Positions 33,135 through 43,186 of a DNA stretch of 64,000 nt are shown here, in pieces. Source of the DNA: an uncultured candidatus Porisulfidus sp. (lineage in GTDB: Bacteria; Pseudomonadota; Gammaproteobacteria; Poriferisulfidales; Poriferisulfidaceae); contig OZ220480.1 of the NCBI GenBank assembly GCA_965116025.1, positions 704,001 to 768,000 on the forward strand, given 5' to 3'. Position 1 is the stretch's first letter, and every line of letters begins with the position of its first letter. The notes beneath the pieces are model-generated. The model ran no database searches and was not told the origin of the DNA. It worked only from the letters and a program-made list of their open reading frames with translations. The position numbers were made by a program, and so were the translations under genes.

Positions 33135-34166
33135 TCAGTCCTTGTAGCCGAGCAACTCCAGCCCAGGACGACAAGCCTCGGTGATCGCGCGCCGCTCGTC
33201 AGGGTCGAGCCGCGCGAACTTCGATTTGGTCTGGCGAGGAATTCCCGCCACTTGGGCGATCCAGCTATCAGCTTCCAAGTCTGGCGAGATGAACTCGATG
33301 AGGCGGCGCGCCTCGCGTTCTGGATGTTCCTGCAGATCCTCGAATCGAAGATTGAGCAAGCGATCAGGCCCGAAGTGGCCGAACACCCGGTGGCCCGTCT
33401 CGATCATGTCGCTCCAGAACTTGGCCACCTCAGGCAACTCCGGGCGCTCCGACAGCAGGCCGTCTATGTCCGAGCGCAACCACTGCAACGTTCCCAGCAT
33501 AGAGGTCATCCGGTCGCTGCGCTCAAGCCTTTCCAGAATTCGATAGAGGTCGATTCCCCATCGTTTGGCCCTGCGGATAAGCGCCAGCGTGACCCGGAAC
33601 GGGGGGTGGTCGCGCATCGACAAGGCGGTTTCGCGCCCGTCCCGGAACACGTGCGCGACCCGCGCCTCGGGGAAATGGCGCAGCAACCGCGAGGCCATCA
33701 AGAGGGATCCGCCGTGGCGCTCGATCCACAGTTTCTTTTCGAGCCGCTCCCCCAGCCAACTGAACAGCGCGCGGTAATGCTCGCTGGAAAGCGCTTTGGG
33801 TTGAGCGCGCGCGAACCGCTCGATCTCGTCGTAGAGCTCTTCGTAATGGTCCGTCAGGTGTGGGAGCGAGACCGCCATGATTGGCGGCAGGGTGGTCGCG
33901 TCGAAACGCGACTCGGGATCGTTGAACGGATACAGCAGCTCGCTGAAGGACTCTCGGGCGATGATGCTCATCCGCTTTCCGGGATGGCTGTACAGATGCC
34001 ACATATGGTCGCCGGTGACCTTCTTCCCAGAGAACGCCTGCAGGCCCAGAGTCGCGAAAAACTCGGACATGCTGAGGATGTCCGGATGCTTGTTGAGCAT
34101 CTCCGAGACCATCGTGGACCCGCACCGCCCGGTGCTGAGTACGAAAACGGGGGGAATCTCGTTCAC
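33135..34166 (-). CDS. PAPS-dependent sulfotransferase
   Basis: 5'-PSB loop FVLSTGRCGSTM, 3'-PB motif HVFRDGRETALS, LRFEDL. Confidence 0.87.
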   Translation of the reverse strand: MNEIPPVFVLSTGRCGSTMVSEMLNKHPDILSMSEFFATLGLQAFSGKKVTGDHMWHLYSHPGKRMSIIARESFSELLYPFNDPESRFDATTLPPIMAVSLPHLTDHYEELYDEIERFARAQPKALSSEHYRALFSWLGERLEKKLWIERHGGSLLMASRLLRHFPEARVAHVFRDGRETALSMRDHPPFRVTLALIRRAKRWGIDLYRILERLERSDRMTSMLGTLQWLRSDIDGLLSERPELPEVAKFWSDMIETGHRVFGHFGPDRLLNLRFEDLQEHPEREARRLIEFISPDLEADSWIAQVAGIPRQTKSKFARLDPDERRAITEACRPGLELLGYKD

Positions 34167-34316
34167 GTGGCCATGCGCTCGTTGGAATCGATCCCAGATT
34201 CAATAATCTGATCGGATAGGAAGTGTATCACGGCCTTCGAATCCCGCTTGTCCGGGCTGGGCCAAACCTTGATCTCCGAGATCATCGGTTCTGACCGTTT
34301 TCTACCTGTCCAGAAT

Positions 34317-34345
34317 TTCGCGCGGGCGACCGGGTGATATATAAT
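34317..34345 (+). promoter_or_regulatory. Putative sigma70 promoter of autotransporter 1
   Basis: TTCGCG-N17-TATAAT, 40 bp upstream of ATG 34386, which has an AGGA SD. Confidence 0.4.
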
Positions 34346-34385
34346 GCGCGGCCATCCGAGACCGATCCTTGAACAGGAACTAATA

Positions 34386-37300
34386 ATGACCAAGAGCCTA
34401 TCCATTTCCGATGTCATCCGCGCCGCGCTTCGCGTGGCTCCGTCGTCTTCCCGCATAGGGGGGGGGGGGGGGGGGGGGGGCATAGCCTCCGTTTCCTGAC
34501 CGTTCTGGCCGGTTTCGCGGCCTTTCTATCGATTCCGCTGATTCCAAACTCCGCCGAGGCGGGGACCACGGGGAATTGCGGCACGCCCAGTGCTAACGCG
34601 ATCACCTGTGGCGACGCGAGCTACACCAATACCGCCGGCTCCCCGATCAAGTATGGAGATCGGACCGTAGGCCTGACGCTGACCGTGAAGCCTTCTGGGG
34701 CGAGCACGGTCGTCGTCACCGCCTCGAAACTTCCCGCGACCACGAGCGAGGCGTTCCCGGGGATCCATCTGGACGGGGAAGGCACCCTGAAAGTCCTCTT
34801 GGATGGCGCCGTGAAAGTCGTGAACGGGGCGACCCGGACGACGGTGGACGCGACGCTCGCGGGCGAGACGGGGACTTTCAAGTTCATCCACCCGGATCAC
34901 AAGCTGGGCTCGCGGAACGACGGGGTGTACGTGGCGTACGACAAGGATGACGACGCGGGGACAACGACGGGCATGGTGGAGGTGATGGTGGGGAAGGACG
35001 CCGTGATCGGGAGCGAGACGGCGCCGGCGGGACGGTACGGGGTTCACGCCGCGTTCGTGGACGGGGACAGCGCCAACGCGAACTATCCAGCCGGGAAGAT
35101 CAAGGTGACGAACGCGGGCATGGTGCATGGCCACTACGCGGGGATTTACGCGAAGCACGACGGGAAGGGCGACATCGAGATCGAGACGTTGGAGGGGAGC
35201 GTGACGTCGATGGGGATTCGGGCGATCTCGAATAAAGCTGACAAGGCGGATCGGGGCGGGAATATCGCCATTCGCCATCATGGCCGGATCGTGGTCAAGG
35301 ATCCGGCTCGGTACGCGGACACGCTGACGATGGCGAACGTGGCCACGCCGCTGGAGATGGATAAAGTCAGCTTCCCCGACCGGCACAGAGGAGGGATCTA
35401 CGTGGAGCATTGGGAAAAGCGGGCGCCGACGGGCGCGAAGCCCAGCAGCTCGATCCTGGTCGAGTCGAGCGGCGACATCGTCGCCCATCCGATCCACGGC
35501 AAAGAAGGCGACAACAGAGCGAGAAGAAGCGCCATTTACGTCATCACGCGGGGGAACGGTGATTCCGTCGTTCCGGTCACGGTCGACGTGACGGGGGGCA
35601 CCCTGACGGCGGACGACCCGAGTGGAAGAAATGGAGGGAATGGGATTTACATCTATTACTCTCAGCACAAAGGCGGTTTGATCAAGGTGGATCTCGCCGG
35701 CGAGATTTCACGGACGGGAGACATAAGAGATGGAATCTCTATTAATAGACAATACAACGACACTAGCGACGATTCCAGCGATGTCAACAGAGACATAGAG
35801 GTGACGCTGAAGTCCGGGGCGCGGATCGGCATGGAGGGAGATGAGCCGACCGTGGGTCGGCGTGGCGTGTCAGTGACCCAGTCGACCAGCGGGGGAACGG
35901 TTCGGGTGGCTGTGGAGTCCGGGGCGCGGATCGGAACCGCGGGGACTCCGGTCGGCGAGAACGGGGTGGTCGCCGAGACCAGCAACGCCGATGACGAGAA
36001 CGACATCATGGTCACCAACGAAGGCCACATCCACGCGAAGGGCTCGGGAGTGGTCGCTCTGCATCGCGGCTGGGGCGACGTGGTCGTGACGCATTCGATG
36101 GGCGAGATCGTGGCGGGCGACGGGCCCGATATCTTGGACTCCTTATCCTTTTCGGAGGATCACAAGACGAAGCTGGCGGACCTGAAAGGCAGGCCCGCTG
36201 GCATCCTCGCCGTTCATGGAGGCTCGCAGCCCAAGCCGCTTCCCGGCAAGGATATCAGCAATAACGACCCCTCCACCTACGAGTCCGACATCGGGGAGAT
36301 CAAGATCACGTCGAAAGCGGACATCACGTCGAAGGGCGACGGCATTCTCGCCTACGTGAGAGACCTGAACGATGAGGGGGCCAGGAGCCCCAAGATGAGA
36401 GTCCCGATCATGATCGACGCGTCGGGCGGAACGATCACGGCGGACGGGCACGGCGTGCACGCGGAGACGGCCACCATCTACCAGGGCACCTACGCGGGGA
36501 CGGAGACCACCTACGACGATGCCACTAAGGCCGGGAAGATCACGGTCACGGTAGGCGAGATGGCGACGATCCGTGCCAAGAAGGACGGCGTTCACGTCAA
36601 GGGCATGCGGACCTTCGCGGAAAATCACGCCCGGAAGGGGCAATATGACCAGACGGTCACCATCAACGGCAAGGTGATGGGCGGCGCCGGCGAGCATGCT
36701 GGCGTTCGGATGGTGAACGGCGGGACGCTGGTGATCGGGCCGAAGGCGGAGATCGGCGCGGCGTCCGGGATCGCGGTGAAAGCGGATGGAGCGCTGCATG
36801 TCACCCTGAAGGAGAACGAGCATGGGCAGATCGCGTTCGTCATGGGGAAATTCCTGAATAGTGGAAAGGACGCGCCGAACGTCTTCCAGCGGGAGTTGAT
36901 GGCCGGCGCGAAGAAGACGATAGCCGTGGGGGACGCGGTGAAGGCGACATCGGGGAAGACGGGGACGCATGGAGTGTACGACGCGGTGTTTGAGCGGATG
37001 GTCACGCTGAAGTCGATCACGGGCGGGCATCAGTTCCAGGTGGACTCCGAGCGGGAGATCAGCCGGACGTACCACGCCCGGGCTCGGGTGTACGAGGCGC
37101 TGCCGTCGGTGCTGCTGGAGATGAGCGCGCCGGGCGGTCGTCAGGCGCGGTTGTCGGCGACGCGTGGCGGCGGGGGCGCATGGGCGCGGGTATTGGCGAG
37201 CGATGGCGAGCGGGAGGCGGATATGTCCACGACCGAGATGGACGATGCGGGCCGCGCGCTGTCTTGGGACTTCGAGCGCTGGGGCGTGGAGACGGGCTTC

Positions 37301-37975
37301 GTAGTTCCCGCGGACGCGCCGGGCGTGACGCTGGGCGTGAGCGCGCACTACCGTGACGGCGAGGCGGATGTCGCGCGCGGCGGGAAGATCGAGGTCTCGG
37401 GCGTGGGCGTCGGGACTTCGGCGACCTGGCGGGGGGAGGACGGCTGGTACGCGGACGGGGAGCTCTCGTACACGCGGTTCGAGGATGTCGACTTGAGCTC
37501 GGAGACTCGGGGGATGGTGGCGTCCGGTCTGGACGGAGAGGGTCACGCGGTCGGCGTGGAGGTCGGCAGGCGCATGGAGATGGATGGCTTCGCGCTGGTT
37601 CCGCGCGGGGGATTGACGTGGACTTGGGTGGATGTCGACGGCTTCGCCGACGTGTCGGGCGTTACCGGGAGTGGTCGGGTATTTTTCCGCTCGGAGGACA
37701 GCGCGCGGGCGCGTATCGGGGTACTGTTGGAGAACGGCGAGACGTACGCCTCATTGGACGTGGAGCGTGAGCTGTCGGAGAGCCGGGAGGTCATGGCGTC
37801 GGGGTCGCGGCTTCGCTCGGAGGTGGAGGCCACGTGGGCGCGTTTGGGAGTTGGAGGCGTGATGGCGCTGGACGCGCAGGGGGAGTCGACGCTATCGGCG
37901 GACGCTCACTACGCGGCATCGGACGGCGACAATCACGATTACGGCGCGAGCGTCCTGCTGAAGGTCCGCTTCTGA
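34386..37975 (+). CDS. Autotransporter 1 (type Va), out of frame at a G23 tract in its leader
   Basis: ATG 34386 (MTKSLSISDVIRAALRVAPSSSRI) then G23; the signal h/c-region (LRFLTVLAGFAAFLSIPLIPNSAEA) continues in another frame into ORF 34685-37975; Gly/Val/Thr-rich passenger; beta-barrel ending VLLKVRF. Confidence 0.85.
34458..34480 (+). repeat. Poly-G tract (G23)
   Basis: TCCCGCATA-G23-CAT read directly. Confidence 0.9.
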
Positions 37976-38029
37976 TCCGGCCCAAAATCGGTGTCAGCTC
38001 GGAAATCTGGGGGTCAAACGATTCTGGAT

Positions 38030-38770
38030 CTAGTCCTCTGGCGACGCGAGGTCTCCCGTCGTCACGAGGAAACGCCACACCAAGGCGCCCGCCTCGCCTT
38101 CCAGCGTCAGCGCGGCGTTCATGATCGCCACCATGGCCTCGCAGAAGCGGGGGTGGACGGCGTCGCCGGGGTGCAGCGCGGCCATCAGTTCAGGGCTGGC
38201 GGTCGCCTCGAGCGTGGCGTACAGCGAATCCAGGTCCTCGGCCTGAATCTCCCGAATCCCTCTCGGCGCGGCGCGCGCTCGCGCGGCCGCGCCGAGGAAC
38301 GCTTCGATGTAGGCGCCGACCGGGTCGCGGTAGGCGGACTCGCGGTCGGCGGCGAGCGCCTGCGGACCCCTGCGCTCGTACGCCAGGCATCGCTGAGCTC
38401 CGTCGAGCTGGTCGATCAGCGCGAAGATGTCTCTGCGTCGCTCGACCAGCGCGCGCCAGTCGGCCGGATCTCCCTGACGCACCAGCTCGTTGTAGCGCGT
38501 CCAGTTGCGGCGCGAGGCCCGCGTCAGCTCTTGGCTCGCCCGTTTCGGATTCGCGCCGTGCTGGAGTTCGACCATCCGCGCGATCAGGGCGTCGTAATGC
38601 TCTGGAAAATATCGTTTCTGCGCTTCCAGCGCCGGATCGCCGGCTTGTTCCAGCGTCAGCCGCATCGCCGTACGCGACGGTGGCGTTTTGGATTCTTCGT
38701 CGTCCGCGATGGCGCCGGCGCTCGCGCCCGCCACCGCCAGCGCGAGAGCTAGCGCGAGGCGAGCGCTCAC
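38030..38770 (-). CDS. Hypothetical secreted protein translationally coupled to the RND gene
   Basis: GTG at 38770 overlaps the RND stop (GTGA); signal peptide VSARLALALALAVAGASAGA. Confidence 0.65.
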   Translation of the reverse strand: MSARLALALALAVAGASAGAIADDEESKTPPSRTAMRLTLEQAGDPALEAQKRYFPEHYDALIARMVELQHGANPKRASQELTRASRRNWTRYNELVRQGDPADWRALVERRRDIFALIDQLDGAQRCLAYERRGPQALAADRESAYRDPVGAYIEAFLGAAARARAAPRGIREIQAEDLDSLYATLEATASPELMAALHPGDAVHPRFCEAMVAIMNAALTLEGEAGALVWRFLVTTGDLASPED

Positions 38771-41700
38771 GCGGGCGCCTTGAGGAATATTCCGCGCAGG
38801 CGCGTCAGCCAATTGCGGAAATCGTCCATGATCAGGTAGAAACACGGCAGGACCAGCAAGATCAGCGCGGTGGCGAACAGCAACCCGATTCCCAGGCTGA
38901 TCGCCATCGGCATCAGGAATCTCGTCTGTCCGCTCGAGAAGAAGATCAGCGGCGACACGCCAAGAAAGGTGGTCACCGTGGTCAGCAGGATGGCGCGGAA
39001 CCGCGACCGGCTCCCCTGCAGCACCGCCTCGACGCGGTCGCGTCCGCGCGCGCGCAACTGCTGCACGAATTTGATCAGAATCAGGGAATCGTTGACCACC
39101 ACGCCGATCAGCGCGAGGATGCCGATCAGCGACAGGAACTGCAGATGGATCCCGGCGGCGACGTGCCCGACCACCACGCCGATCAGCGCGAACGGAATCG
39201 CGGCGATCACCACCAGCGGGTCCAGCAGGGACCGGAACAGGGCGGCGAGGATGAAGAAAATGATCGTGAGGGCCGCGAGAATGGCGCGCTTGATGTCGGC
39301 GAGCGCGATGGCCGTCTCGCGTTTCTCGCCCAAGTACGTCATGCGGTAGTCGTCCGAGGGCGGGAAGAGGTCGCCGAACTCGCGGTCCAGCAACGCCGTG
39401 ACGGACTTCGCGGAAGTGACGGCCGGATCGATGTCGGCCGTGATGATCGCCATGCGCTCGCCGTCGCGCCGCCGCACCGTGGACAGGCCGCGAGTCGTGG
39501 TGATATCCGCCACCTCGTCCAGATAGACCACGCCGCTTTCCGTGGTGATGGGCAGGCGGTCGAACGCCGCCGCGTCGCGCCGCGTCGCGCCCGAATACAG
39601 CGCCCGGACCGGCACGCGCTGGTCGCCTCGGCTGATGTGGACCACCTTGTCGCCCTGATAGCCCATGCGCACGGCCGCGCCCAGCTCGGCTTGGGTGATG
39701 CCCAACTCTCGTCCGCGCGAGTTCAGGGCGTACTGGTACTCGACCTTTCCGGGCTCCAGGTTGTGCCGGGCGTCCGCGACGCCAGGCAGGCGGGCCAGGA
39801 ACGCTTGGATCCGCTCGGCGCGCGACTGGATCTGATCCAGATCGGGACCGATGACGCCCACCTCGATGTCGGCGCCGCTCGGTCCGGCCTGATCGCTCTG
39901 GAAGGAGACGCGCTGGATCCCGGGGATCGTCTCCAGCGCCGCGCGCGCCTCGTCCCGGATCTCTTCGGTTGAGCGCTCGCGCTCACCCGGCGTGGAGAGC
40001 TTCATGTTGATCAGAGGGGCGACGTAGGTCTCGATCCACCCTTCCGGCGCCGGCTCCGTCAGGTTGACGCTGATCTGCACGTATTGGGTGCCCAGCGTGC
40101 TGTTCTGGGTGGTGTCCATGCTCACGCCGATATTGGTCTGGAGGCTTTCCAGCTCGCTTGGCTGGACGATGTCGTAGATGGCGCGCTCGACGCGTTTCGC
40201 GAGGGCGTTGGAATCGGCGAGGCCATACGTGCTCGGCCCCTCGATGTTGACCAGGAACCGGTTCGTCACCAAATCGGCGAACTGGTTGTATGGCATCCGA
40301 GTGACCATGAAGGCCAGCGTGACCGCGAGCGTCCCGATCGTCACGCTGGCCACCAGATAGCGATTCCGGAGGCTCCAGTCGAGCAGGGCGTGGTAGCGGT
40401 CCAGGAACGCGCGCCAGCGGTCCGCCTTGCGCGATGAGCGCGTCAGCTTGAGGATCTCGGCCGCGTGCGAGGGCAGGATCAGGAACGCCTCCAGCAGGGA
40501 GCCGGCCAGCGCGGCCACCACCACGATTGGAAGCACCTCGACGAACTGGCCCATGGTTCCCGAGACGCTCAGCAGGGTGAGGAAGGTCGCGGCCGTGGTC
40601 AGGATCGAGGCCAGCACCGGCCACATGACCTCCCGGGCGCCGAGGTAGGCGGCCTCGCGCGCGTCCATCCCCTCCTCCATGTGGCGGTAGGCGTTCTCGG
40701 AGATGATGATGGCATCGTCCACGATCAGCCCGAGCACGACCAGGAACGCGAACATGCTGACCATGTTGACGCTGTATCCGAGCATGGCCATCACGATCAC
40801 GGCGGTCAGCATGGACACTGGAATGCCCAGCGCCGTGATCAGGGCCATCCGAAAGTTGAGCATGAGATACAGCGCGAGAAGCAGCAGCGCCAAAGCCACG
40901 ACGCCGGACGCCTGCACGGTGTTGATGCGGGTCTCGATCAAGGGCGACATGTCCATGTAGAAACTCGCCTGAACGCCCTCGGGCAGGGCGAACCGCCCGA
41001 CCGTCTCGCGCACCCGGTCGGCGACCTCGCGGGTGGACGCCCGGTCGATTTTGGAGACGGTCATGTTGATCGCTGGCATTCCATTGAAGCGTCCCAAGGT
41101 GACCGGCTCCTCCAGCCGCATGGACACCTGTCCCAAGTCGCGAATCCGCAACTGACCGCCGCGCGCGTTGCCGCGCGCCGCGATGTCGCCGATGGCCTCG
41201 ACTCCGTCCGCGCCCATCCCGCGCAGCAGGATATCGCCCTCCTCGCCGCGGATGACGCCGCTGGGCGTGTCGTGCAGGTTGCCGCGCAAGGCCGCGGTGA
41301 TCTCGTCCGCCGACACCCCGCGGGCGGCCAGCTCGCGCGGGTCCAGCTCCACCCAGACCTCCCAGTCCCGGCTGCCGGCCACGCTGACGCCGGACACTCC
41401 GGGGATCCGCTGCACGGCGCGGCGCAGCCGCTCGGCCGCCTCGCGCATCAGCGGCATGGGCGCCTCGCCGTGCAGGGCGACGCTGATGGCGGTGATCTGG
41501 TGCTTGAGCCGGCGGACTTGCGGCGTGTCGGCGTCTCGCGGGAAGTCCTCGATGGCGTCGATCTCGGTGCGCATCTCGCGCAGCAGCTCGTCTGGGTCTG
41601 CCCCTTCCAGAAGTTTGTACTGAATGACTGACAGGCCCTCCTGCGAGAGCGAGGTGACCGAATCGACGTCGACCAGAGAGTCCAGAGCCTCCTCGATCGG

Positions 41701-41889
41701 GATGGTGATCTGGCGCTCGACCTCTTCCGGCGAGGCACCCTCGAAAGTGGCGCTTACCTGGAGGATGTCGCGGTCCAGAGTAGGGAACACCTCCTGCGGC
41801 ATCGAGCGCCAGGCCATCAGTCCCAGCGCCAGCGTCAGCGCCATCGCCAGGTTGACGAGCAGCGGGTTGTTCAGAGAGAAACGGATCAT
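38767..41889 (-). CDS. RND (AcrB/AcrD/AcrF-like) transporter permease
   Basis: 1040 aa, GASPEEVE, GLIVDDAIII, RFRAILLTT, MPMAISLGIG. Confidence 0.93.
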   Translation of the reverse strand: MIRFSLNNPLLVNLAMALTLALGLMAWRSMPQEVFPTLDRDILQVSATFEGASPEEVERQITIPIEEALDSLVDVDSVTSLSQEGLSVIQYKLLEGADPDELLREMRTEIDAIEDFPRDADTPQVRRLKHQITAISVALHGEAPMPLMREAAERLRRAVQRIPGVSGVSVAGSRDWEVWVELDPRELAARGVSADEITAALRGNLHDTPSGVIRGEEGDILLRGMGADGVEAIGDIAARGNARGGQLRIRDLGQVSMRLEEPVTLGRFNGMPAINMTVSKIDRASTREVADRVRETVGRFALPEGVQASFYMDMSPLIETRINTVQASGVVALALLLLALYLMLNFRMALITALGIPVSMLTAVIVMAMLGYSVNMVSMFAFLVVLGLIVDDAIIISENAYRHMEEGMDAREAAYLGAREVMWPVLASILTTAATFLTLLSVSGTMGQFVEVLPIVVVAALAGSLLEAFLILPSHAAEILKLTRSSRKADRWRAFLDRYHALLDWSLRNRYLVASVTIGTLAVTLAFMVTRMPYNQFADLVTNRFLVNIEGPSTYGLADSNALAKRVERAIYDIVQPSELESLQTNIGVSMDTTQNSTLGTQYVQISVNLTEPAPEGWIETYVAPLINMKLSTPGERERSTEEIRDEARAALETIPGIQRVSFQSDQAGPSGADIEVGVIGPDLDQIQSRAERIQAFLARLPGVADARHNLEPGKVEYQYALNSRGRELGITQAELGAAVRMGYQGDKVVHISRGDQRVPVRALYSGATRRDAAAFDRLPITTESGVVYLDEVADITTTRGLSTVRRRDGERMAIITADIDPAVTSAKSVTALLDREFGDLFPPSDDYRMTYLGEKRETAIALADIKRAILAALTIIFFILAALFRSLLDPLVVIAAIPFALIGVVVGHVAAGIHLQFLSLIGILALIGVVVNDSLILIKFVQQLRARGRDRVEAVLQGSRSRFRAILLTTVTTFLGVSPLIFFSSGQTRFLMPMAISLGIGLLFATALILLVLPCFYLIMDDFRNWLTRLRGIFLKAPA

Positions 41890-43109
41890 GGAGCGCGCTC
41901 GCGGACGCGCACTGAGCGGCGCTCGTCCATGGCCGCGACGTCGCGGGCGACGATGCGGTCCCCCTCGTTCAGGTCCGCCTTGATCACGCGCCAGGAGCCC
42001 ACGCGCGGTCCTGGCTCGACGTCGACGCGGCGCAGCGACTGGCCCTCGATCCGGTATACCGAGTGCCCCGACGCGTCCACCCGCAGGGCCTCCACCGGCA
42101 CCGCCAACGCGTTTCGGATGACTGGAAGAGGAAGGCGGGCGATGGCCAGCCGTCCCGGCGCGGCGTGCGCGCCGGGGATTCGGATCCGCAGGGCGTGCGT
42201 GAAGGTGCGCGGGTCCGGGTCGGCCTGCAGGGCGACCAAGACCCCCGGGATTTCCCGCCCTTCCGTTCGCACGGCGATCTTCCGCTCAAGTTCCAGAGCG
42301 CCGGCGGCGGTTCCGTCGACCTCCACATAGAAGTCGAGCTCCGACGCGTCGACCAGGGTGATGACCGTTTGGTCTCCGGTGATGCGGTCGCCGATCTCGG
42401 CTCGCACTTCGTTGACCGTTCCGTCGAACGGCGCCACCAGCCGCGCGCGCGCGAGATCCCGCCGGGCCTGATCGAGCTTCGCTCGCTTCAGCGCCCGGCG
42501 CTGCCCGCCGGTTCCGACTGAGTGGCGAAGCTCCGCCACCCGCGATTCCAACTCGGCCAGCTTCTGCTCGGCGGCGTTGAGCGAGGATCTCGAAAGCAAT
42601 GAGCGCTCATCCAGCGTTCGGTGCCGCGCGACCTCCTCGCGTTGCAGGTCGCGATGCCGAATCGCCTGCGTCAGTCGGACCTGATCTCGCTTGATGCCGC
42701 TTTCCTCAAGGCGCAACTCCGCCTCGGCGACGCGCTCCCGATCCCGGAAGTCCTGATCGTCGAGAGTCATCAGCGCGTCTCCGGTGGAGACCTTCATTCC
42801 GGGCTCCACCTCGCGGCGCAGCAGCCGTCCCGGGACCTCGAACCGCAACGCCGCGCGCCGCCGCGGCTGAAGCCGGCCCGTGAAATCGGCGGAGGGCGAG
42901 ACGTCGCGCCGCGTCACCACGTGCGCCTCCACCGCCAAGGGGGGGAGCTCCTCCAGGACCACCTCCGGTCGCGGAGCGGTGGCGACCAGGGCGTAAGCCG
43001 CGAAGCCGAAAAGCCCAAGGGCCGCGATCGCCCAAAAACCTGATCCGAGCGACCGGAAAAATCGCCACTTCCGCTCGCGTGGTCGGGTGGAGTAGGGGGA
43101 GGAACGCAT
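41886..43109 (-). CDS. RND periplasmic adaptor (membrane fusion protein)
   Basis: TM anchor, FEVPGRL, coiled coil, LVAPFDGTV, GDRIV; likely ATG at 43109; ATGA overlap with the permease. Confidence 0.85.
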   Translation of the reverse strand: MRSSPYSTRPRERKWRFFRSLGSGFWAIAALGLFGFAAYALVATAPRPEVVLEELPPLAVEAHVVTRRDVSPSADFTGRLQPRRRAALRFEVPGRLLRREVEPGMKVSTGDALMTLDDQDFRDRERVAEAELRLEESGIKRDQVRLTQAIRHRDLQREEVARHRTLDERSLLSRSSLNAAEQKLAELESRVAELRHSVGTGGQRRALKRAKLDQARRDLARARLVAPFDGTVNEVRAEIGDRITGDQTVITLVDASELDFYVEVDGTAAGALELERKIAVRTEGREIPGVLVALQADPDPRTFTHALRIRIPGAHAAPGRLAIARLPLPVIRNALAVPVEALRVDASGHSVYRIEGQSLRRVDVEPGPRVGSWRVIKADLNEGDRIVARDVAAMDERRSVRVRERAP

Positions 43110-43186
43110 GGCTGGACCGAGAGGGCGCGGCAGTCGGTAGAATATACCAGACGACACGGCCGGTCCCGCGCTGGCCGCATCGGTGC

